Origin: Cercozoa sp. M6MM
Taxonomy: Eukaryota > Protista > Endomyxa: Ascetosporea
Assembly (NCBI GenBank): GCA_040357565.1
Contig: JBDODJ010000112.1
Reading direction: 5' to 3' (one strand)
DNA length: 37,264 bases
Positions 13,801 to 23,862 of the stretch are shown here, in pieces; position 1 is the stretch's first letter, and each line of letters opens with the position of its first letter. The notes beneath the pieces were generated by a model. That model ran no database searches. It was not told the origin of the DNA and saw nothing but the letters and a program-made list of their open reading frames with translations. The translations under genes were made by a program, and so were the position numbers.

Positions 13801-14165
13801 TGGTATTTATACATTTCCTTTGGTGTCTACGCACTTTCTGAATATGAGTGTGTGTGCGTGTGCGTGCGCGTGTGTGTATGGGTGTGTGTGTATGGGTGTG
13901 TGTGTGCGTGTGTGTATGCATGTGTGTGTTAGGCTTCCCAACAATCAAGGTGGATGGCGACCTCTTCTTGCAACAGGTCGGCGTGAGTGATGCCGACTTC
14001 TTGTTTTCTTTCTGCATGCTCCTGGCTTGTACACTGCACTCCAGCTTCACTTGTGTTTTTTTTTCTTCTTTATCCGCCGTGGGCAAACTAACAGGGACTG
14101 TTTTCTTCATCCTGGGCTCATACGTCGCTCTTAGGAGTCGCAAACGTATCTCGCACCACCGATAA
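8629..14165 (+). CDS. ABCG half-transporter, ADP1-like (signal peptide + Cys-rich/EGF-like ectodomain + TM + NBD + ABC2 TMD), ~32 introns
   Basis: Signal peptide [22 protein letters not shown]; CQNGG and [16 protein letters not shown]-like; [10 protein letters not shown]; Walker [10 protein letters not shown]; Q-loop FVHQE; signature LSGGERRRV; Walker B/D-loop [12 protein letters not shown]; H-loop SVHQP; [47 protein letters not shown]; stop TAA at 14163-14165. Confidence 0.93.
9117..9157. repeat. 15-bp tandem repeat (GACTCTTGTGTTTTT x~2.7), intronic
   Basis: Direct. Confidence 0.85.
10790..10866. repeat. (GT)n microsatellite, intronic
   Basis: Direct. Confidence 0.95.
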
Positions 14166-14276
14166 ATACGATATTCGTCGAATTAAAATTCTGCCAACGC
14201 AACCTAAGTAACGCACGTCGGAAGAACGCTAACTTAAACGAACTTACATCACTAAATTGCAGCGATACCCCGGTAT

Positions 14277-15971
14277 TTAAAAAAAAACTGTATCCGTACG
14301 GTATCGTATCTGACTGCCTGAAGCACGGCAAAGCGAAACCAACCTAGCACACAAGTGAACGCCGACGTCGCATCGTGTGGCTTTGCGAATGGTCAATACA
14401 GTGCATCGACCCACAGAGAAGCGAGGTTGGCAGTATAGCTTTGGACCATGCCGCTCAGAAGAACGCAAACGCTGCGTCAAATGCAGTCAAGTGTAGTAAA
14501 TAGGTGAAGCAAAATCAAATAACATGGAGTCTTAGAAGGCGTACCAACAAACGGCGGTGAGCACGCGGAGCACTCGTTGAAAGGCATCGTGTGCTCGCTC
14601 ATCGCTAGGACTAACGCTTTCGGTGCTTTCCAGGTGCTCATAATCCCGTTGGTAGAGCTCCAAGAGGGTTGGTAAAGAAAAATGCGGGCATGAATTGCCT
14701 CCGAACAAGCGTCGCAGAGTCTAATACGAGACACATTTGCGTTGACAAACTCAAGACAATAGATCCAGTGTACGCGGTGCATGTCCGGCCAGGAATCAGC
14801 GTAGTGGTCGCACCAGTCTATGTTGGGCGAACCATAGGACGTCGCTATTGCTCGCGTCGCTGCAAACGGAGCGATCATGCCTACCCGACGGCTTCATCTT
14901 AGAAGTATCGGTACTATCGATATTCGAGTATGGATTTTCATACCAACAACGAAGAGAACAACAGCAGACAAGCACGTCAAGCTCCCCTATCGCAACAGTA
15001 CGATATGATATATGAGTCGCTTCGACTCGCAGGGTGAGGAAAAATAATACCAAAACGCCGAAGAGAAGCTGCACCACTCGCATGAAGAGGAGCTTTGCCT
15101 TGCCAGCCCTCACGAAACCCCATAAACTTAGCCGTTGGTTGTACTTGGTAAAGGTTGCGATGCTGTTGGAGTAGAGACTGGGAATGCTTTTGGCAGACTC
15201 CTTCTCGTCGGCATCCTCTCCGCCGCCGACTGAAGCTGGCGCTTGAGTCTCTGGCGCGGGTTCTGGGTCTGGCGCAGAGGGAAAACACAGAGCGAGCATG
15301 ACCAACACGCATAGGGTGCCATGTGTGATGATGCTTGGAAGCGACGTCGGCCACAACAAGAAGATTGCACTGACGCAAACCCACGTCCCAAGCAAGCACT
15401 ATTAACTTTCAGTGTATTCATGACTAGAAAGTCAAGAGAATATCGGTAGTTTTTATACGGCAACAACGAAGAAGCCAAGTTGCGCAGACGTGAGGCCGCA
15501 GCATGCTCGACGCAGTAGTCGATGCGTCATTGCACGTCGCTGTGCCGCAAAGCTTGTTCTAAATAAAATAATCTAGTCGTGGTAATGGGTTTAAAAGTAA
15601 AATTAATATTAAACTTACGTGTGCCACAATGAATGTGCTGACCGGGGAGTTGCCATATGGGCTTGAAGCCACCTACATCGTGTTAACAACAGAACTGGCA
15701 ACGATGAAGATTGGCTCACCTTAGCGGAGTTGCGCTTGGTGACCGATCGATCTCTTCACTATCGCTTTCATAACTGGCGCCTTCCACCCCGCTTAGGTCC
15801 GACACGTGGATGCGCAGCGACTGCGATGGCATCGCTCGCTCCTGTATATGCACACACCCACGCAACGACTAATAGAACGAAAAATGTGTTAGTTTCTGGC
15901 TTTCTCGACTGAGGAAACACCTGCGAGCGGGGACGAGACGAGCTTGAGCGAGCGTTTCTTCTAGTTGACAT
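14277..15971 (-). CDS. Small membrane protein with ionotropic glutamate receptor-like M1/M3 pore segments and no recognisable ligand-binding domain
   Basis: Spliced model from ATG 15971: S/R-rich N-terminus; TM0 LGFFVVA-CLLGTWVCVSAIFLLWP; short Pro/Glu linker; M1-like VVQLLFGVL-GSLTCLSAVVLFVV-GMIAPF; M3-like RVLTAVC-CVCVLLSGMVQSYTANLASLWV (SYTANLAS at 14417-14440). Stop at 14393 (unspliced) or 14277 (with one more intron). Splicing of the M2 region is ambiguous. Confidence 0.7.
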
Positions 15972-16280
15972 GACTGCCCCGCACCTCCCAAGAAAGCTAT
16001 GGCTGGGTCTCCCGATCGGTGGATTGTGCTGCGTCGGTGCGTAGACTTGGCTTTTTGAGCAATACCCGTCGGTGACACGTGTGCGGTTTTCCGTTCTTCG
16101 GATACCGGGCAGCGGGGTTTTAAACCGACAACCACCGACGCCCGAGGGGGCGTGATACTGTAGATACTGTGGAAATAATCGATGTAAATTGTCGTTTGTC
16201 GTATCAGTATCGTATCGATACCGACCGTCTAAATCACAGCGATTATACACGCAATGATTTGGCCAATCACACAACACTGT

Positions 16281-16445
16281 ACGAGATTTGAGGATCGAAC
16301 TCGGGACCTGACCTAAGCCCGTGTGCTCCGAGAAAATCGGCCTCGTTGTGCCCTGTATCTTTTAGGCACTCGGGATAAGACAGACTAAATCCAAGCCCGG
16401 AGAGACGCTGAACATACGTGAGCCACCCAGATGAATTCAACTCGT
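16281..16445 (-). ncRNA. Candidate Pol III / tRNA-derived structured element (SINE head or ncRNA)
   Basis: On the minus strand: A-box-like TGGCTCACG (16417-16425), tRNA-like AGGTCCCGAGTTCGATCCTC with B box GTTCGATCC (16292-16300), complementary ends and a long G-U-rich helix. Not a canonical cloverleaf. Confidence 0.35.
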
Positions 16446-16477
16446 TTTAATGAAAGCAGCGTCTGCGTGGAAGGAGG

Positions 16478-17537
16478 CTAAGGAGCTAAGCTAGAATAAT
16501 TGACCTCCGAGTGTCCACAGTCCGTGTTCAAATTCGATTGCGTTGACGTGAACTGAGTACTCGCCGACATGATCCGCCAATAGGGCTTTGGCAGTTCGAC
16601 CTCACCCCTCCGACCGGGTCCTGTCGAGTACAGCGCGCCGATCGCGACGCGAGTTCCATCCCATCCCATCGCATCCGTCAATCCACGCAACGGCAATAGA
16701 ATTCAATTCAATTTCGTTAGTTACAGCTGCAAAGCTGGTGGTCGCCGTCCGCGTGAGGAGCGGTGCCTTGCCCGCGAGTGCGTAGCAGAAGCATCGGAGA
16801 AAGGACTAGACTCGCCAGCAATCGGACTTCTTCCGCTGGCAGTGTCAAGCATGCGTGTCTCATGCTCACGTACGGTGCCAGCAGCGTCATATTCAACACG
16901 CCAGCTGTCGTTTCCGATATCTGCAAGCACACAAATAACCGTGGTATTAGACAGGCCGTAAACAAGAACGACAATACAGAAAGGCTGGGCGTGCGGGTCA
17001 TCGTCAGAAACAGGCACGTGTCCCAGCGGCTGAGAGAACGGCATTCGGCGTTCCGTCGGCTCAATGTGCGCACCGGCCACGCTGTCCACATACGGCCACA
17101 GGTTACCCACCTAGTCGGAAAGCAGGTTCAAAGAGCGTACTGTCGGAGTTCTTTCTTATACATGCGAATGCTTAGGACCCACCTACGCAGACAGAACAAG
17201 CGCTCATCTAGACAGAGGGCAGAGTCAAGACAAAAGAGAAAGCACATGGGCACGCAGATAAGCAGAGCACATGCCAGCGAGGTGATCGACGCAATAACCA
17301 TCGTGAGCAGCACTCTTGAAGGCGATGGCTGCGCACAGGCACCGCGCTGAAAGAGCAGGACAAAAGAGGGTAGAAGACAAACGAACGTCGGTGACATCGT
17401 CGCTCGAGTGCGACAGCACCGCCAGCATGTGCGCACCACCGGCCAGCATTGTGCCCAGTGCCACAACGAGCCACGCGTGACTCATCTGGAATACATAGGT
17501 ATTACGATGTGTGTGGCGTGTATGTATGTCCGTATGT

Positions 17538-17589
<52 letters not shown>

Positions 17590-17599
17590 NNNNNNNNNN

Positions 17600-17647
<48 letters not shown>

Positions 17648-19914
17648 CTACCATGGCAAGGCGTTTGCCTAACGTACTGGCACGTCGCCTGCCCGAGCGA
17701 CTATTGTCTTTCTTGGCCAATGCCGAGGCTGCACGGAGAGAAGATAGTGCAGTAGAGTGCGGCTGTGCGCAGGTGTGCGCATGCCCATGGAATATGCCAG
17801 GGTCATGACCTACCTTCCTGGAATAAGCGACGCACGCCTGCGATCGCCGAGAAGCCGCGTGCCACGTTGACGAAAGCTCCGCCAACCAGCAGCACTTGCA
17901 GCACTGGACAACGAACAAAGATAGCGTTCGGGAACCAAACCACTGAAGGACAGCAAATACGCATGACGACGATCACGCTCACGTGCAAATTGCCGTCCTT
18001 GCTCCAGTGCAGTGCGCACCTGCCCTCCCGTTTGAGAGTGACCATCTATGCGTACGAAGGAGCGGGGAGGGGATAAGGCATCAACAAAGTCAGACAGAGA
18101 GGGTTACAAGCGACTCGTTGTCTCGCACTTGCTCAGCACTCCACTCGCTGACATCGAGGTTACCGCTGGAAACACTCCAAACCTGCACCCACGCGGAACA
18201 GTCAGTCAGACAGCCAGGGCACATGAAGAACACGAGTACCACAGGCGAATCCGCGGTGCGGGCCGAGAGAGCGATAATCCACACGGTCACTGCCTGTACA
18301 CACACGTGCATACACACTAGGCAAGACAGTCCAGGCAATGGCTGACTGTCCAGGCACTGACTGACTGACTGACTGACTGACGCACCAGCAGGATAAGGAT
18401 GCGATCCATGAGGAGACGGCGCTGCCACCAACGTCGGCGGTGTTGCCGTATGGTCTGCTTGGTGGCAGCCGCCGGGTCCTGGCCGAGATCGCGCACCTCC
18501 TCCAGTTCTCCCTCTCGCTGCAGCAAAATCACTCGTATGTAAACTTACACATCAGCGTACACAACACAGCACATTGGATCACAAACCCCGAGCCACAGAC
18601 GGTTAAGTATGCGATTCCAGCAACCGACTTCAGCTTGCGCATTGGCAAGCATGATCTGCACATGCGTTTAAACATGCATCGCAAAGTGCGGAAGGTTAGG
18701 AGAGGGGACCTCGTCAGCGTGCAGCTCGCTGTGTGACACAATGGCGCGCACTTTCAGCGTTGCAGGCAACACGACTAGAAGCAGTCCTCTACCTCACAAG
18801 CACACACACAAACACACACACATGATCTGAATTTAAACCGTCGGTATCGATATGAGTTAATGACACAGGTCGATCAGAATGAAGGCGAGCTGGCACGCAG
18901 CGCATGACCACACGCGATCCTGTCACACAAGAGAGTATCTGCGCGGACACAAACAGCTAGATGTGGGCTACCTCTTCACCCGACAGAACGGTCGACCGGA
19001 TGACGTTAACCTTCGAGTCCTGCTGCTGCTCTTGCTGCAGTGCTTGGTGCAACACGCTCTGCAGCGACTTGGCGTGCCTGCGCTTGTACACAACCTCAGT
19101 TTTATCCCTCCCCCCATGAGTGGACGTCATAATTAACGCACAAGTTCCCGATATCGACAGAGCCCTGAAGCAGCAGCAACACACATACAAAATCCACAAA
19201 AGATGTGTGCATGCTATGTCGCACACTACAGCTCTGGTAGTATCGCCCGACCGCACGTCCTCTGCGATCTGCGAGATCACTTGATCGCGCAGCGACTGCG
19301 AGTCAACGCCGTCCCTGCACAAGAGTGAACGAGCGATGACACTGTATAACATTCAGTCTGGAGGATGAGGCATGGGCGGACCACATCAAATCTTGTGCAG
19401 TTGCATTCTCCCTCATCTCGCTCGTCGCATCCTCACCCAGATGGTACTACATACATGCATACGGGGGTAAAAAGATGCATTGAGAAATGACGGAGTGTAC
19501 CTGCAGATCGCCAACGCTCTGACCATGCGAAATGCCGGCTCGCCAACTGTGTCCACACAGCCACAAACACACTTCAGTCACTCTTCGGTAACCCATCAGT
19601 CAGTCTAGTCTCTCAACACAACACTACGCGTACGACGGCGACACCAGCAGACACAAGATTGAGAGCTGCACACGACACGACATATATGCGGCGCATATAC
19701 ATCACAGGGATAGTGAAAAATAAGAGCGATAGAAGTACCGAGATAAGCGCACAGCCGAGGCAAGACACCAAGTGGTACTGCGGGTAGCGACGCTTGACTT
19801 CTGAGGACCTGCGAATACATACATATATGCCGAGATGTTAAAGGGGTAAGTATCTTACCTGTCACGCATGTCCTTTAGCCACGGCCAGAACAGGCAGGTC
19901 TGGACACACACACG

Positions 19915-19947
<33 letters not shown>

Positions 19948-20094
19948 CACACATCTCCCTGCTCATTAATTCTGAATGTCCTTGTACCATGAGCAGAACG
20001 ACGCCATTCAACAGGACAATGGCGACACGCAAACTAAACGAGGTCTCCGCAAATTGAGCCAGCAGACTCTGCACACCCAGCTTTCAAGTGCGTT

Positions 20095-20126
<32 letters not shown>

Positions 20127-20828
20127 CACACGCACACACACACACACACATAGAAAGAGAAACTCACCACACTGCCTTGCTCTGGTGCCTCGGAAACGCG
20201 CATGTGCATGGCCTCCAGGAAGCGTGCTCTCAACTACATCATGGGCAACTCAGTTCGAAGAACAGTCTCGTTTCAAAACAGCACAAGTAACACACCTGCT
20301 CAAGTGCTTCATCGCCTTGCCCTTGTTCCACGGCCTCGTGCAGCTGCACAAGAACACACCAATACTCATTTTAAGGCAACTGAACGACAGGGAGAAACCT
20401 CGGACAAAGCTGGCGACCGAAACACGTTCAACGAGCCGTTCGCATCTAAGTAGTGGAGCACGCGTACACATCCATGCACATACACACCCTCAAGTACACT
20501 CAAATGGAGCGGCAAACACACCAGGTTGAAAGGAAAACAAGTGCCAGTTTTGTGCACTGTGTTTTCTCGTTCCCGTCTCACTACACATGTACACACATAT
20601 CTGGCGCATACAGACACGAAAACAGAAGAGTACTCGAACGACAGGTCGCCGATAAGGCCCGAAATCGACATGTCTGGTGGTTAATTTGATACACATATAT
20701 AAAAGTGAAACACTTTACACAAACAAGCACAGTACTTTGAATGGCCGCACTGATGCGGCGGTTCCGTGTGATGAACTCGGGCTCCGCCAGCGAGACCGGC
20801 GCAAACTACCAAAGGTGCAGGTCTACCG

Positions 20829-20871
<43 letters not shown>

Positions 20872-21849
20872 CACACACGCACACACACACACAAACGCAC
20901 ACGCACACACACACACTCCGTATCTCTACAGAGCTTACAGGCAGTGGCGCGCCATCAGTCGTATTCCGTGGAACAATATTGGGAGAGGCTATGCACACCT
21001 TGAGTATCGTGGTCCTGTGGTTTTCTGCAACAAAAGTGTACACGCAGAAAGTCGCACTTCGAATTGCGAGCTGTTCCTCTCGAGTTCCCTAAAACGAAGC
21101 GATGGTTGGGTCAGGCCAAGGTGAGGCAAGAAAGAGAGGAGGCACCTGTCCAACCCGGTAAGAGCCGCCGAAACAATGTCGAATGCCGCAGCTGTCACAT
21201 GTATTCGTTAAACCCCAGTGAGGTGTAGCATACGCAGTACCAGCGCTGAAGGATGTAACAGGAGTGGTGTCGCTCTCGCCTGGACTGTGCACACAGTTAT
21301 ATATTTAGTATATGTATAGTATACACACACACATATATATATATATTACATAGAATTATATTTATATATATATATATACAGACATACATATATATATATA
21401 TATATGTATTATATAGATATATTGTAGAGGATACAAATGGCGCGACACGCGACCGAACTCTTCTTTCAGCGCCGTCTTGGGAGCACTACTCGCGATGCCG
21501 ATCTGACAGAAAGGTCAATGATAATCCGGGAAAATTTGATTAGGGAGCAGGCACCACTCCGAGCAGTGCTTGTGCCAACACTGCGGAGACTGCATCAACC
21601 TGTTCGTCGCTGTCACCAGAAATCTACGTGCGTATGTATGTGTCAATTCAAATTAGTCAGACAGGAGGAAAGGCACCTCCGCGCGGAACCACGCAAGTTC
21701 CGACAAGGCGAGAGTCGCGAGTTTCTTCGGCAGCGCTGCCTACCGACACGCAACACAGTTCCTCTCCTCATAACTCGTACAAAATCAAGTGTACCGAACT
21801 GATGTTGCACGGCATTCCAGAGGCACCGAAGGAGAAACTTGTGGCCACT

Positions 21850-21897
<48 letters not shown>

Positions 21898-21907
21898 NNN
21901 NNNNNNN

Positions 21908-21957
<50 letters not shown>

Positions 21958-22370
21958 ACAATCACTTGGAGAGTGTGAAGGAAACACAAAGACTGTCTTT
22001 ACCGAACAGGTAGGGCCATTTAGTGAGTTTGCGCTGGTCCAAATGCGCATAGTACAAGAAGACCGCCTGCATGGGCATCCACAGGTAAACACCACAGACA
22101 CAGCAGACACAGACAAAAACAGAAGACACAGATACACAGATACACAGATACCGAGGAAACACACCAGACCAGACGGAGACATTGGCAGCACATGCGTGAA
22201 CAACTGCGAAACGGCCACCGATTCCACCAGGCGCAGCACAGCGTCTCGTCTGCACACACAGAAATTGGCGTGTAGTCTCTTTCTCAGTCAAAGTAGTTCT
22301 TACGAGTTCGATGAGATGGCCGCCAGAAAGTGCGTCTTTGGACAGCGGCGTTTCCAGTGAGGCCAGTGCT

Positions 22371-22420
<50 letters not shown>

Positions 22421-22430
22421 NNNNNNNNNN

Positions 22431-22479
<49 letters not shown>

Positions 22480-23587
22480 GAAGGGGTGACACAAGCGCGT
22501 GCGTGTACGCACAGTAAGGAAACGTACCAGAATGCATGTGAGCGAAACTAGCAGCGCCCGATTCTTTGAGACTGTCGTCGGTCTCGGCATAGTCGCAACC
22601 GTGTCTACAGAGGCTGATATCTATTTGAGGAGACGTACAAATTCCGTACTGGATAAGAGTGGCCGTGATTTGCCGAGCACTTTCGTCGGCGAGAACAGTC
22701 GTCGTACTGAGCGTCGCCTGCAACACTCGGACAGAGACAGAATGGCACGAAGGATACAGTACGGCAGAACAGGAAAAACAAAGCACATTCACTGAGGATT
22801 CCGGCGTTCGTTTCGGGAACAGTCTACAAACAGTGAATCAACTCGTATCCAAACCAGAAGAGTCAAAGCACACGGTACGCAGAAGCTGGCACAGTGTCGT
22901 GGGTGCGGATCTGTTTGTGGGTGCTGACATGAGAGGCATATGCGGAACGTGAGGGAACAAAACGGAAGACAGAAGATCAGGAACAGAGAGGGTACACAAA
23001 GAGGTCAATAGTGTCGACATTGCCAAGGTCGAGGAGAGAGTCGTCGGCATACTTTTGCTTCCACGCAGCACTGGTTTCATAGGAAACGCCCAGGTTGCGC
23101 CAACGCATCAAGTAGGCGAACTCTAGCAATGCCTGTGCCCGAAGGTAAGCTGAACAGGCATGAGAAGTCGAGAGCTACAATCACCTCAGCATCGCCCTGG
23201 AGACTGCCTTCCGCCCGGTACAGCAGCGGGAACTATGATACGTATCATTGTTAACTAAACAAAGGCAAAAGTGTGCCCTGTCGTACCGTTGTTGTGTTTG
23301 GAATTTCGTCGACGTACTCACTGGCGTCTTCGTGCTTTGCGCCTCCCTTTGCCAACATCAAGAAAACCCTTAAAAATAAGTACCACGGTAACAACAAACA
23401 CACCACAGTGAGCATTGGGATGCGCCACATGTTCGAGCCGCGGGCAAGAGACTCAATGATCGGCCTATCCGCAAAAACACGAGTGCAGAGAATGGACGCA
23501 ATAAGGGCACAGTTTCAAATCGCATACCAAGGTCCGTCAGCCATCAGAATCCACGCGGCATCGGAACCACCGCGACAAAGCATCAAA
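16478..23587 (-). CDS. Class C (glutamate/GABA-B-like) GPCR: Venus-flytrap (ANF receptor) domain + 7TM; 5' end missing at the gap
   Basis: VFT motifs: ILMADGPW, ARGSNMWRIPMLTV, FPLLYRAEGSLQGDAE-ALLEFAYLMRWRNLGVSYE, NMSISGLIGDLSFD-ETGTR..WHLFSFQ. 7TM: VAIVLLNGVVLLM-TCLFW, EVKRRYPQYHLVSCLGCALIS, CQLAFILIDL-GLLLVVLPATLKVRAI (TM3 Cys and Lys), LMDRILILL, ECL2 Cys (EGRC), TM7 VIASITSLACALLICVPM. The final exon/stop (~16478-16530) is uncertain. Confidence 0.8.
17520..17645. repeat. (GT)n tract with 10-N gap (17590-17599), intronic
   Basis: Direct; flanking exons are phase-compatible (KRLAM-MSHAW). Confidence 0.9.
18356..18381. repeat. (CTGA)n tetranucleotide repeat, intronic
   Basis: Direct. Confidence 0.85.
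21298..21424. repeat. Degenerate (AT)n tract, intronic
   Basis: Direct. Confidence 0.85.
21851..21954. repeat. (CA)n tract with 10-N gap (21898-21907), intronic
   Basis: Direct. Confidence 0.9.
22374..22477. repeat. (CA)n tract with 10-N gap (22421-22430), intronic
   Basis: Direct. Confidence 0.9.
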
Positions 23588-23614
23588 CTGTGTGCCCGGG
23601 CCAATATACAAAGA

Positions 23615-23618
<4 letters not shown>

Positions 23619-23694
<76 letters not shown>

Positions 23695-23851
23695 NNNNNN
23701 NNNNTGTGTGCGTGTGTGTGTGCGTGTGTGTGCGAGTGTGTGTGCGTGTGTTTGTGTGTGTGTATCTTTTGTGTGTGTATGTTTGTGTGTGTGCGTGTGT
23801 ATCTTTTGTGTGTGTGTGTGTATCTTTTGTGTGTGTATGTTTGTGTGTGTG
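23619..23851. repeat. (GT)n / degenerate GT tract with 10-N gap (23695-23704) separating two 5'-truncated divergent genes
   Basis: Direct; an internal exon of the minus-strand GPCR lies to the left and an internal exon of the plus-strand gene to the right. Confidence 0.9.
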
Positions 23852-23862
23852 GTTGTCAACAG

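Noticed and set aside
15972-16277. N-terminal extension of ORF 15768-16277 as coding
   Set aside because: It starts at a non-ATG codon and runs through repeat-like sequence. ATG 15971 followed by a clear intron is the better start.
16281-16445. Calling this a bona fide tRNA or SRP RNA gene
   Set aside because: No intact acceptor/T stems or anticodon arm, no GNRA helix-8 tetraloop or helix 6, and no T-run terminator. Kept only as a candidate element.
20740-20825. Apparent in-frame TAG (DLHLW*FAPVSLAEPEF) suggesting stop-codon reassignment
   Set aside because: The TAG at 20806-20808 is a phase-0 splice acceptor. All conserved motifs traced splice cleanly under the standard code.
22560-22720. 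Faint resemblance of VLADESARQITATLIQYG..IDISL to TMEM94/P-type ATPase-like proteins
   Set aside because: The segment lies within the Venus-flytrap region, and the flanking motifs fit a class C GPCR much better.
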